A stretch of 64,000 bases of DNA from Candidatus Omnitrophota bacterium (GTDB taxonomy: Bacteria; Omnitrophota; Gorgyraeia; Gygaellales; Gygaellaceae): positions 134,815 through 198,814 of the forward strand of contig JAGYNB010000001.1 in NCBI GenBank assembly GCA_018400015.1, in the 5' to 3' direction. Below are positions 9,708 to 19,004 of this stretch, piece by piece. The first letter of the stretch is position 1; each line of letters opens with the position of its first letter. The translations under genes were made by a program, and so were the position numbers. The notes beneath the pieces were generated by a model. It was not told where the DNA came from. It searched no databases and saw only the letters and a list, made by a program, of their open reading frames with translations.

Positions 9708-11032
9708 TGAAAAAACTTTTAGATAAGATTTTTAAACTGCGCGAAAACCATACTGATATCCGTACAGAGATTTTTGGTGGTCTGACTACGTTTTTTACGA
9801 TGAGTTATATAATTTTTGTCCAGCCGGCGCTTTTATCAAAATGCGGAATGGATTTTGGTGCGGTTATGGCTGCTACATGCATTGCTTCTGCTGTGGCAAT
9901 TATTTTGATGGCGTTTCTGGCAAATTATCCAATAGCTTTGGCTCCGGCAATGGGGCACAATGTATTTTTTGTGTTTATTATCTGTTTGGGCATGGGTGTT
10001 CCCTGGCAGACAGCTTTAGGGATAAATTTTATTTCCGGAGCGATATTTGTTATTTTTGCTTTTTTTGGATTAAGGGCAAAGATCATCAACGCAATCCCGC
10101 AGTCTTTAAGAAACGCAATTGCCGTAGGTATAGGTTTGTTGATTGCCTTTATTGGTTTTCAATGGGCAGGGTTAGTTAAATATTCACCCGGGACAATAGT
10201 ATCTTTAGGGGATATTAAAAGTAAAGTTGCGGTTGTCTCCATAATCGGTACTTTGATAACGGCAATACTTTGGGCTCGCGGTAAAAAAGCAGCGATATTC
10301 ATAGGTATAGTTGTTAGTTGTTTTGTAGGGATAGTTTTTGGTATTGTACAATTTAAAGGTATTTTTGCAAAAGTTCCATCGTTAATGCCCACATTTTTAA
10401 AACTGGATATACTCTCAGCTTTTAGGTGGGAATATCTGGGGGTAATATTTGTTTTGTTCTTTCTTGATTTATTTGATACCGTGGGAACGCTTATAGGCGT
10501 TAGCGAAGAAGCAGGTTTTATTAAAGACGGATATTTGCCAAGAGCAAAACAGGCTTTTTTAGCCGATGCCGGCGGAACGATAACGGGTACGCTGCTTGGG
10601 ACTTCAACAGTTACAAGTTATATCGAAAGCTCCTCTGGTGTTGCCGCAGGTGCACGTACTGGTTTGGCCAATATAGTAACAGCGATTTTGTTTTTATTGT
10701 CCTTGTTTTTACTGCCTGTTGTAGATATGATTGGCGGAGGGTATAAAGTTGGCTCGACAGTGTTTTATCCTGTCATTGCTCCGGCACTCATTATTGTGGG
10801 ATGCATTATGATAAAACTAGTAAAAAAAATAGATTGGCAGGACGCTACAGAAGCAATACCTGCTTTTGTAACGATGATGGTGATGCCGTTTAGTTTTAGT
10901 ATTACAGAAGGCATAGCATTTGGTTTTATCACTTACAGCGTATTAAAGGTATTCACCGGACGCGCAAAGCAAGTACACTGGTTGATTTATTTATTCACAA
11001 TTTTATTTATAGCGAGGTATATATTACTATGA
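9707..11032 (+). CDS. NCS2-family purine permease (AzgA/PbuG-like adenine/guanine/hypoxanthine transporter)
   Basis: Polytopic 441-aa protein whose N-terminus (FKLRENHTDIRTEIFGGLTTFFTMSYIIFVQPALL) is characteristic of the AzgA subfamily. Confidence 0.75.
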   Translation: MKKLLDKIFKLRENHTDIRTEIFGGLTTFFTMSYIIFVQPALLSKCGMDFGAVMAATCIASAVAIILMAFLANYPIALAPAMGHNVFFVFIICLGMGVPWQTALGINFISGAIFVIFAFFGLRAKIINAIPQSLRNAIAVGIGLLIAFIGFQWAGLVKYSPGTIVSLGDIKSKVAVVSIIGTLITAILWARGKKAAIFIGIVVSCFVGIVFGIVQFKGIFAKVPSLMPTFLKLDILSAFRWEYLGVIFVLFFLDLFDTVGTLIGVSEEAGFIKDGYLPRAKQAFLADAGGTITGTLLGTSTVTSYIESSSGVAAGARTGLANIVTAILFLLSLFLLPVVDMIGGGYKVGSTVFYPVIAPALIIVGCIMIKLVKKIDWQDATEAIPAFVTMMVMPFSFSITEGIAFGFITYSVLKVFTGRAKQVHWLIYLFTILFIARYILL

Positions 11033-11607
11033 AGAACTTAAACCCGGTTTTAGAAAGAAGTTATTCTTTACAGTACGCTTTAGTTAAGACGTTTGCGGTT
11101 ATTGTATTCGTTTTCTTAACAGCTTTGGGAGCTTATATCAGAATACCGCTTTGGTTTACTCCCGTACCGGTTACCCTACAGACATTTTTTGTTTTGCTGG
11201 GTGCGTGTATATTGGGTAGGTATTTGGGGTTTTTAAGTCAAACAATCTATATTATTTTAGGGGTTTTAGGGATATCGTTATTTACCAATAACGGTTCAGG
11301 CATATATTATTTGTTAGGCCCTACAGCAGGGTACTTGTTAGGATTTTTGATAGTCAGTGTTTTTATTGGGATTGTTTTGCCGAAACAGAAAAGTTTTAAA
11401 TCGGTATTTTTTGTTTTCTCTGCGGCAAGTTTATTGATTTTAGCTTGCGGGGCTTTATGGCTGAAGATTATCTTTAGAATAAGCTTTTTCCATTCTTTGA
11501 TCTTGGGCGCATTGCCTTTTGTCGCAGGGGATACGGTCAAGAGCCTGATAGCCAGCGTTTTTTATATGAAGTTTAAGTCCCGCATCGACAGGTTTAACCG
11601 CGGGTGA
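11029..11607 (+). CDS. bioY: Biotin transporter BioY (ECF-type S component)
   Basis: About 190 aa with 5-6 TM helices and BioY-like motifs (LQTFFVLLGACILG, GPTAGYLLGF). Confidence 0.75.
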   Translation: MKNLNPVLERSYSLQYALVKTFAVIVFVFLTALGAYIRIPLWFTPVPVTLQTFFVLLGACILGRYLGFLSQTIYIILGVLGISLFTNNGSGIYYLLGPTAGYLLGFLIVSVFIGIVLPKQKSFKSVFFVFSAASLLILACGALWLKIIFRISFFHSLILGALPFVAGDTVKSLIASVFYMKFKSRIDRFNRG

Positions 11608-13795
11608 GTTTTAAGTAAACAAGAGAGTAAAGTTTTATTAGTATAACCAATATTATGCAGTTTGGTATGCCTAGTATTGGTATGAGTAAGATAGTTGTGG
11701 ATACTGCAGCAAGAAAACTTCCCAATAATTCAACTGTATATATAGTAGCAATATTATTTTTAGGTTTAGCAGACAGGTAAGTTTTATTAACAGCAGGAAA
11801 CTCTATCCCGTGTGCAATACCGATAGCGCTGGCGATTAAATAAAGAATGAATTCATTCAGCAAGAGACTTTTCTTGAAAAGAATTAGAATTAGTACTGAT
11901 AACAATATAAAACCCGTTTCGCAAGTTTTAATTAAAATTAGGTTATTTTTTCTGATGGATATTTTATAACCGACAAGCGTTCCTAATGACAGGCCTGCCA
12001 TAAAGCTGGTAGTGATGATGATAATTTTTGAGTAGATTACGCCAAAATATACCTGCATGGCGATAAGGATAGATAATATCAGTAACATTTCAGAAAAGGC
12101 CGTACTTGCAGCGATATATTCTAAGAAAAAATATTTACGTTTTCTAGAGATGATAATGCAGACCGATAAGACTATTAACAGCAGCGTAAATATATTAAAA
12201 GGATTGATTTTATTAATCCAAGAATAAATTGATTTATGTTTCAAAAACGATTTAGCACTGTAAAAAGACAGGTTATCCAGCACAAGAATCGGTTTAAGGT
12301 CTAAGTTGTATTTCAGATCATTATTTTTCAAAGAATCCCAGAACCAGCGATTGCGAGAATTATCAAGAAGCAGCTCGAGGTATTGTTTGTTGAAAAAAGA
12401 TGTCTGGATATTACGTTTTTTTAAGTTGTAAAAAAGATGATCAGGCCTAAGATTTATCATTGTTTCTGAGGCAAGTATTATATTGTTTTCTCCCGGGATT
12501 ACCTTTAAGTAATTAAAACTTTTCTTAAGCGTATTCAATAGATGTATATTGATATTTTTTAATTCTTCGCTGTAGCTGGATTCGGTTCCTTGGCAGGTCA
12601 ATGCGATAACAGCATTGTCTTTTAGGGCATGTTTTATAAGAGTGAAGAATTCATATGTGTAAAAACGGTTTGTATTTAAGTTTGATGATGCGCCATAGTT
12701 TATAAATACGATATCGAATTTTTGAGTAGAGTGTTTTATAAAGTTTCTCGGGTCAGTTATAGTTATATCAACAACAGGATTCTCTAATTCGTCTTTTGAA
12801 AGATTTTTAAATGATTCTACTAAAATAGCGTCATGCTCTAGATAATTGATTTTTTTAACATCGTGTTTGACGATTTCATTTATTAGTCCGTAATAGTTGC
12901 CAATCAGAAGAATATTTTTTGGATTATTATGTTCTAAAAGAGCAAGATGCGAGAAATTCTCGTTAAACCCGGTATTGTCGTAGGGGAATGTTGCTACGGG
13001 CCGGCCATTTACAAATAATGTTTTTTGGTTGTCTTTTTTTCCTACACAGATATTGGAATATTTTGAATTCTTATTCTCGATTATTTCTAGACCAAAAAAG
13101 AGATTACCCAGAGACCTTTTGGATAAATATTCTCCCGTGTAGTTAGTTTTTAGACTGACAAGAAAAAAGGTAATTAATAAAATCGAACTTAAAAAGAATA
13201 AAAACCTTTTTATGCTGCATTTTTGGTATTTTAAAGCCAAAAGCAGTGCGCTTGCGAGATTAAATATTGCCAAAATAAAAATCTGATTAATTACCATTAT
13301 CTGTTCTTTTATGAATACAAAAAATATCGCTGTACCGATAATAACTCCGAGCGCTTCAAGGGCATAGGCAAAAGAAACACCTTTATGCGCATGATTTTTA
13401 TCTGTAATAACACTCGAACCAAGTTTAAATAGCCATCCGTCAAAGATGCAAAAGGGGGCTAAGATAAATACGCTTATTAAGCTTATTCCGATTAAGGAGA
13501 ATGATTCTCCGGGAAGTTTATCGAGAATTAAACGGGAATTTCTTAATAAGATAAGGGAGAAAAAGCTTATTATAACAATGAAGCTTTGAAAGAGAGAAAA
13601 GAAGAAATAATTGTCAGGAAGTTTTTTTCTTGAGATTATTCCCGCGCCAACTGCCTGAAAGAGTATCCAGGATCCGAGAATTATCCCCAGGGTGAGTTCG
13701 TTCCCGGAGAAAAGCACAAGGAGCTCTCTGATAAATATTGTTTGGATCAGGATAGCTGTGAGGCCCTTTATTATTAAGGCAAGAGCAAGTAGCAT
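11594..13795 (-). CDS. Polytopic membrane protein with a central spermidine-synthase-like (SAM-dependent aminopropyltransferase fold) domain
   Basis: N- and C-terminal multi-TM blocks flank a soluble Rossmann-like domain (ILLIGNYYGL…DIVFINYGAS…AVIALTCQG) that resembles spermidine synthase. Confidence 0.65.
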   Translation of the reverse strand: MLLALALIIKGLTAILIQTIFIRELLVLFSGNELTLGIILGSWILFQAVGAGIISRKKLPDNYFFFSLFQSFIVIISFFSLILLRNSRLILDKLPGESFSLIGISLISVFILAPFCIFDGWLFKLGSSVITDKNHAHKGVSFAYALEALGVIIGTAIFFVFIKEQIMVINQIFILAIFNLASALLLALKYQKCSIKRFLFFLSSILLITFFLVSLKTNYTGEYLSKRSLGNLFFGLEIIENKNSKYSNICVGKKDNQKTLFVNGRPVATFPYDNTGFNENFSHLALLEHNNPKNILLIGNYYGLINEIVKHDVKKINYLEHDAILVESFKNLSKDELENPVVDITITDPRNFIKHSTQKFDIVFINYGASSNLNTNRFYTYEFFTLIKHALKDNAVIALTCQGTESSYSEELKNINIHLLNTLKKSFNYLKVIPGENNIILASETMINLRPDHLFYNLKKRNIQTSFFNKQYLELLLDNSRNRWFWDSLKNNDLKYNLDLKPILVLDNLSFYSAKSFLKHKSIYSWINKINPFNIFTLLLIVLSVCIIISRKRKYFFLEYIAASTAFSEMLLILSILIAMQVYFGVIYSKIIIITTSFMAGLSLGTLVGYKISIRKNNLILIKTCETGFILLSVLILILFKKSLLLNEFILYLIASAIGIAHGIEFPAVNKTYLSAKPKNNIATIYTVELLGSFLAAVSTTILLIPILGIPNCIILVILIKLYSLVYLKLTRG

Positions 13796-13798
13796 CTT

Positions 13799-14515
13799 TT
13801 ATAATAAGGTCATCGACTTTATTGCTTCTAGATGTTTTTGGCTAAGGCGGTAAAGCCCGAGTTTTATCCAGAAGTTTTTGTGGTTTTCTTTCGGTTTTGA
13901 TTCCAGCATGGTGCCTTCTACGGTAAAAGGCATGGTATGCGTAGGTAGTTTTAGATCCAGACTGAGAATTTTATTTTTTTCAAAATTTACAGTTGATTCG
14001 AACACAATTATCGCTTGGGGTTTTGCAGATTCCGGAACAGGTGTAGCTTCGATTAGTTCGATGTCGGCAATACACCAATAGGGAATGCCGATTGTATTTT
14101 CTCCCAGGTTTTGCAGCATGATCAGGTATTCAATAAAGTTATAAATTATGTTTTCTGTTTCTTTATCTAGGTCAATGAATTGCGTACCGATTGTATATTC
14201 GTTTTCTTCTTGTTTTTTCCATATAGGTTTGACTTTTACTTTGATTTTGTCATAGCCTTTTACACTCGGTACATAAATTTGAATGGATATGTCTTTATCC
14301 GTGTCTATATTTTCTTTAGCACTAAGAAGCATACCGCTTTTACTGATATTTTTTATATCGATATGCCTGAATTCTTCATCCTGGCTGAATCTGGCTAATA
14401 GCCAGTAGGCTATACGCTGGTCTCTTCGACGATCCTGCATTGTATCGGTTTGTTGGTCTTGTTTCATAGAATATAAATTATCATAGTTAATGTTTTTTAA
14501 CAAGATATTTATCAT
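13799..14515 (-). CDS. PilZ-domain (c-di-GMP binding) protein
   Basis: RxxxR (RRRDQRIAYW) and D/NxSxxG (IKNISKSGMLL) c-di-GMP-binding signature pair at the N-terminus, with a second beta-rich half. It is 4 nt downstream of, and co-oriented with, the membrane spermidine-synthase-like gene. Confidence 0.6.
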   Translation of the reverse strand: MINILLKNINYDNLYSMKQDQQTDTMQDRRRDQRIAYWLLARFSQDEEFRHIDIKNISKSGMLLSAKENIDTDKDISIQIYVPSVKGYDKIKVKVKPIWKKQEENEYTIGTQFIDLDKETENIIYNFIEYLIMLQNLGENTIGIPYWCIADIELIEATPVPESAKPQAIIVFESTVNFEKNKILSLDLKLPTHTMPFTVEGTMLESKPKENHKNFWIKLGLYRLSQKHLEAIKSMTLL

Positions 14516-14555
14516 TTACCAGTTGTTTTGAAGATATACGGTTTTTATAAGCAGA

Positions 14556-14585
14556 TTGACAACGAAAAACCTTTATGTTATAAAT
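14556..14585 (+). promoter_or_regulatory. Sigma70-like promoter TTGACA-17 nt-TATAAA(T)
   Basis: TTGACA at 14556-14561, a 17-nt spacer, and TATAAA at 14579-14584. It sits inside the 5' end of the tracked 129-aa ORF, which favours the downstream ATG at 14607. Confidence 0.4.
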
Positions 14586-14606
14586 AAGCTTATTCCGCTT
14601 ATTAAT

Positions 14607-14945
14607 ATGCGTATAAAAGCTTTATTTTACCTATTTTTATTCCTGGTTTTATCAACAAGCTGTGTTTATGCTCAAGAAGAGCCCCAACCACAACAGAATT
14701 TAAGCGAATGGGTATTTGGCGAAGTGGTTGCGAAAGAAGATTTATCCATTAGTATTGAATATCTGGATTTTGATCTGGATGATTATCGGGTAATGGTTTT
14801 AAATATCGATAACGAAAAATATGCAATTTATGATGATATTGACATTGGGGATATGGTCAGTATATCTTTCACCAGGAAAAATGACGGTTCATTAAAGGTT
14901 GAGCAGATAAGATCAGAAAGCGTAACTGTTGTCGGTTCGCAATAA
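14607..14945 (+). CDS. Small secreted protein of unknown function (signal peptide MRIKALFYLFLFLVLSTSCVYA, acidic mature part)
   Basis: Canonical Sec signal peptide at the internal Met; the alternative upstream start at 14556 would put 17 residues before it. No recognisable domain. Confidence 0.5.
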   Translation: MRIKALFYLFLFLVLSTSCVYAQEEPQPQQNLSEWVFGEVVAKEDLSISIEYLDFDLDDYRVMVLNIDNEKYAIYDDIDIGDMVSISFTRKNDGSLKVEQIRSESVTVVGSQ

Positions 14946-14978
14946 CAGTATTAAGCTACAGCCTGTCCGTATAATAAA

Positions 14979-15905
14979 ATGATTAATCCTATAAGAATAT
15001 TTAAACCAAGAATTGGCCTTGCTCTTGGAGGCGGCGGAGTAAGGGCATTTGCGCATGTTGGTTTGCTTAAAGAGTTAGAGGCAAATAGAATTCCTATTCA
15101 TATGCTTAGCGGTATAAGTATGGGTTCGATAATTGCAGCTATTTATGCTTTGGGCGTTCCTGTTGAAAAGATTGAGAAAAAACTATTGGAGTTTGCCGGC
15201 AGTAAAGAATTATTAAGTTTGGAAAGATTTTCTACGGATTCCGAAATAGATGAAAAGAAACTAGTATTTCAGAAGTTTGTAAGGATTTTAAAGAATCTTT
15301 ACCTTTGGAATGTAAGGGGCGCGAGAAAATGGTTAGTTAAATTTGATAAGATTATTCCTTTTGTGGAAAGTCTTATCGGTAATAAAACCTTTGCCGATAC
15401 GAAAATTCCTTTTATCTGTGTGGCATGTGATTTATCAACCGGAGAAGAGGTTATTATCAATAAGGGTAAGCTTATTGATGCGGTTTTGGCTTCTTCAGCT
15501 TTGCCGGGAGTATTTCCTCCTGTTAAAATGGCAGGCAAGCTTTTGGTTGATGCTGGAATATTAGGTTCTATTCCTACGTGGGTGTTTGATAAAAAAGACA
15601 TTGATTTCGTGCTTGCTGCTAATGTGGGAGGTAATATCTATCATAAGGAATTTAATACAGGTCTTGATATATTGTTTCAGGCGGATCTTATAACTAGCAA
15701 CAAGTTAGATCAAGAGGTATTAAAATATGCAGATTTTGTTATTGATCCGGCAGTACATGATATCCTATGGAGTGAATTTTCTCAGGCGGGTTTTTGCGTT
15801 GAACAGGGAAAAATTGCTGCAAGACAGAATATCAGATTTTTAAAATCAGTAATAAGGTCAAAACACATAAACCCGTTTTTTGGTACAAAAAAGATTAGAA
15901 AATAA
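14979..15905 (+). CDS. Patatin-like phospholipase
   Basis: Oxyanion GGGxRG motif (GLALGGGGVRAFAHVG), GxSxG nucleophile elbow (GISMGS) and a DxG catalytic Asp region (VDAG). Confidence 0.85.
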   Translation: MINPIRIFKPRIGLALGGGGVRAFAHVGLLKELEANRIPIHMLSGISMGSIIAAIYALGVPVEKIEKKLLEFAGSKELLSLERFSTDSEIDEKKLVFQKFVRILKNLYLWNVRGARKWLVKFDKIIPFVESLIGNKTFADTKIPFICVACDLSTGEEVIINKGKLIDAVLASSALPGVFPPVKMAGKLLVDAGILGSIPTWVFDKKDIDFVLAANVGGNIYHKEFNTGLDILFQADLITSNKLDQEVLKYADFVIDPAVHDILWSEFSQAGFCVEQGKIAARQNIRFLKSVIRSKHINPFFGTKKIRK

Positions 15906-15921
15906 AACATAAGGAGAGAAT

Positions 15922-16008
15922 ATGAGTAAGCGTAAACGTAGAGCAAGACTTTCTTGGAGAACAAAGAAGGCAAATCACGGTAAAAAGCCCTGTATGGGAA
16001 AAAACTAA
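15922..16008 (+). CDS. Candidate 28-aa highly basic small protein (MSKRKRRARLSWRTKKANHGKKPCMGKN), not in the ORF track
   Basis: Strong SD (aaggagaga) 6 nt before the ATG, in a 120-nt intergenic gap, with pI well above 11. It resembles tiny ribosome-associated basic proteins. Confidence 0.35.
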   Translation: MSKRKRRARLSWRTKKANHGKKPCMGKN

Positions 16009-16027
16009 TTTTACATAAGGGATAAAT

Positions 16028-16939
16028 ATGAAGGCGTTAGTTACTGGAGGCGCTGGTTTTATCGGCGCTAACATCTGCGAGTATCTTTTAAAACAGAATT
16101 TTAAAGTTATTTGTCTGGATGATTTTCTAAAGGGGAGTGAGAAAAATATCCAGGGTATGGACTTGGAGTTTATAAAAGGAAGCGTAGTCGATGAGAGGTT
16201 GATAAAGAGTCTTAATGGTAAAGGAATTGATGTAATATTTCATGAAGCGGCGATTACCGACACCACTGTTACTGATGATAATTTAATGCTTCAAGTTAAT
16301 GTGGAAGGTTTTAAATATATTCTGAACCTGGCAAGAGCTGAAAATTGTCCTGTTGTCTATGCGTCTTCTGCAGCTGTCTATGGCGATGGTTTTGTCCCGA
16401 TGAAAGAATCGCAGAAACCAAACCCTTTAAATATTTACGGGGTTTCTAAGCTTAAGATGGATGAGATTTCACCGATTTTTTCCCGCGAGACCGGTTTAAA
16501 AGTTGTGGGCCTGCGTTATTTTAATGTTTACGGGCCAAAAGAAGATTTTAAGGCAAGCGCGATGAGTATGATTCGTCAGCTCGGCTTTCAAATGCTAAAA
16601 GGAAACGCTCCGCGCGTATTTAAGTGGGGAGAGCAGGAAAGAGATTTTATTTATGTGAAAGATGTTGTTACGGCCAATATCAAGGCTTTTGAGGCAGAAA
16701 AAAGTTGTATTGTTAATGTAGGAACAGGTAAAAGAACAAGCTTTAACCGCATAATTGAGATTTTAAATAATAATCTAAACACAGATTTCAAACCTGATTA
16801 TTTTGATAATCCCTACAACTTTTATCAGAATCACACACAGGCAGACCCTACGTTGGCGCAAAAATCCCTAGGCTTTAAGGCCGGTTTTTCTATAGAAGAA
16901 GGTATCAAGGATTACGTTCTAGCGCTAACTAGGAGTTAA
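16028..16939 (+). CDS. hldD: ADP-L-glycero-D-manno-heptose 6-epimerase (SDR, NAD-dependent epimerase family)
   Basis: GGAGFIG NAD motif, YASSAAVYG, the catalytic YxxxK context (NIYGVSKLKMDE), and FNVYGP…A(M/S)V that matches the HldD/RfaD subfamily. Sits in an LPS context. Confidence 0.75.
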   Translation: MKALVTGGAGFIGANICEYLLKQNFKVICLDDFLKGSEKNIQGMDLEFIKGSVVDERLIKSLNGKGIDVIFHEAAITDTTVTDDNLMLQVNVEGFKYILNLARAENCPVVYASSAAVYGDGFVPMKESQKPNPLNIYGVSKLKMDEISPIFSRETGLKVVGLRYFNVYGPKEDFKASAMSMIRQLGFQMLKGNAPRVFKWGEQERDFIYVKDVVTANIKAFEAEKSCIVNVGTGKRTSFNRIIEILNNNLNTDFKPDYFDNPYNFYQNHTQADPTLAQKSLGFKAGFSIEEGIKDYVLALTRS

Positions 16940-16958
16940 TTATTTTCTGCAGGTTAAA

Positions 16959-19001
16959 ATGCAAAAGATCGATTATAAAAAAGAGCTGAACGAAAAACAG
17001 TTTGAAGCGGCTACTTCTACAGATGGAGCATATCTTGTTATTGCCGGTGCAGGTTCAGGTAAAACCCGCACGCTCGTATATAGGGTTGCTTATTTAGTAG
17101 AAAAGGGAATTGTCCCTGAGAGAATTCTGCTGCTTACGTTTACGCGTAAAGCTGCAGAGCAAATGCTTAGGCGCGCTTCGTCACTTTTGGATAATAGATG
17201 CCAGCATGTATCCGGAGGCACTTTTCATTCTTTTGCAAATTCTATTCTTCGTAAATACGCAAAAGTGCTGGGGCTTGCCAATAATTATACCATTCTTGAT
17301 GAATCAGATGCAGAAGATGTGGTCAATATTTTAAGGACAAGACTTGAGCTTAATAAGCAGGAAAAGCGTTTTCCTAGGAAGAAAGCAGTTCTAGAGATGA
17401 TATCTAAAAGCATCAATAAGGTCGAACCTTTAAGAAAAGTAATATACGATGAGTACCCTCAGTTTTTAGAATGGGAAGAAGAAATAAACAAAATAAAACA
17501 GCTCTATAAGGAATACAAGTTCGAGAAGTCCCTTATTGATTACGATGACCTTTTAGTGTATTTAAAAAGACTGCTTCTTGAGTTTGATGATATCAGGATT
17601 AAACTCAGCGATAACTATAAATATGTAATGGTAGATGAATATCAGGATACTAATAAACTTCAGGCATTGATTGTTTCTCTTTTAGCCAGCGTGCATAAAA
17701 ATATCATGGTTGTAGGTGACGATTCTCAGAGCATCTATTCATTCAGGGGGGCAAATTTTAAAAATATTATGGATTTTCCTAAGATTTTTCCTGAGACTAA
17801 GACTATAACCCTGGAAGAAAATTACCGTTCAACGCAGACAATACTTAATCTTACCAATAATATTATCGGTATGGCCGCAGAAGGGTTTGGGAAGTCTCTT
17901 TTCACCAGAAAAGAAGGGGGTGTTTTACCTATATATATAGATGCTGCTGATGAAAGTGCTCAGTCAAAATATATCGCGGATAAGATACTTCAGTTACGCG
18001 AGCAAGATGTAGAGCTGTCTGATATTGCAATATTGTTTCGTTCGGGTTGGCATTCAAATGATCTGGAAGTCGAGCTTGCTTCACGGAATATCCCTTTTAT
18101 GAAATACGGAGGAAGAAAATTTATCGAAGCCGCGCACATAAAAGATGTGCTTTCTTATTTAAGGATAATACATAATATAAAAGATGAAGTTAGTTGGCAT
18201 AGGGCGCTTTTATTATGTAAGGGCGTTGGCCCTAAGACAGCAGATAAGATTATTAATCAGGTTATAAAAAAGGATAATCTTTCTCAAACAGACACAAAAC
18301 AGTTTAGGAAAATAGATATAGATAAGCTAATGGAGCTTTTAAGTCAGATAAAGGAAAATTCTTACACTCTTTTAGAGATGCTTGATTTGTTTTTAAAGCA
18401 TTACCAGCCTCTTTTTAGGGAAAAATACGATGATTTTAATAAGCGTGTTAATGATCTTGATTCATTAAGGCGGATTGCCACAAGATATGGATCGTTGGAA
18501 GGTTTTTTGGCAGATATGGCATTAGAGCCTCCCGAGCGAAGTATTGTTGAGTCTTCTTTTAGGGACAAGGATGATTCTACGCTTACTTTATCCACGATTC
18601 ATTCTGCCAAGGGGTTGGAGTGGCATACGGTGTTTATTATTTATGTTGCCGAAGGCTACTTGCCCAGCTATTTATCACTAGAAGATAAGGATTCCATAGA
18701 AGAAGAACGCAGACTTCTTTATGTTGCGTCCACAAGGGCTAAGCATAATTTATTTTTGATAAAGCCACAGGTTGACCGCTCTCCAGGAAGTTTTTTTATG
18801 GAAGGTAAAACCGTGTTTACTCAAGTGTCACGTTTTATAGATACCCCTAAGATATTTAATGAGTTATTGGATTGTCAAGCCAGTCTCGATCTTAAAACAA
18901 CAGAAAAAGAATTCAATTATGAGCTGGACAGTAGTCATTCTAAAAACGACGGTTTTATGGACAATCTTAAGGAATATTTCAAAGACGATTTTATAGCGTG
19001 A
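16959..19001 (+). CDS. UvrD/PcrA/Rep-family ATP-dependent DNA helicase
   Basis: Walker A AGAGSGKTRTLVYRVAYLV, a DEYQDTN-type motif II (VMVDEYQDTNKLQ), and the YRST and TIHSAKGLEW motifs, about 680 aa. Confidence 0.85.
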   Translation: MQKIDYKKELNEKQFEAATSTDGAYLVIAGAGSGKTRTLVYRVAYLVEKGIVPERILLLTFTRKAAEQMLRRASSLLDNRCQHVSGGTFHSFANSILRKYAKVLGLANNYTILDESDAEDVVNILRTRLELNKQEKRFPRKKAVLEMISKSINKVEPLRKVIYDEYPQFLEWEEEINKIKQLYKEYKFEKSLIDYDDLLVYLKRLLLEFDDIRIKLSDNYKYVMVDEYQDTNKLQALIVSLLASVHKNIMVVGDDSQSIYSFRGANFKNIMDFPKIFPETKTITLEENYRSTQTILNLTNNIIGMAAEGFGKSLFTRKEGGVLPIYIDAADESAQSKYIADKILQLREQDVELSDIAILFRSGWHSNDLEVELASRNIPFMKYGGRKFIEAAHIKDVLSYLRIIHNIKDEVSWHRALLLCKGVGPKTADKIINQVIKKDNLSQTDTKQFRKIDIDKLMELLSQIKENSYTLLEMLDLFLKHYQPLFREKYDDFNKRVNDLDSLRRIATRYGSLEGFLADMALEPPERSIVESSFRDKDDSTLTLSTIHSAKGLEWHTVFIIYVAEGYLPSYLSLEDKDSIEEERRLLYVASTRAKHNLFLIKPQVDRSPGSFFMEGKTVFTQVSRFIDTPKIFNELLDCQASLDLKTTEKEFNYELDSSHSKNDGFMDNLKEYFKDDFIA

Positions 19002-19004
19002 TTT

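Noticed and set aside
9841-10179. 112-aa Cys-rich + strand ORF within the AzgA permease gene (alternate frame)
   Set aside because: Alternate-frame artefact of a G/T-rich membrane-protein gene. It has no SD and no independent evidence.
14556-14606. Upstream extension (MTTKNLYVINKLIPLIN) of the small secreted protein as given in the ORF track
   Set aside because: A TTGACA-17-TATAAA promoter occupies exactly this stretch, and the canonical signal peptide begins at the internal Met at 14607.
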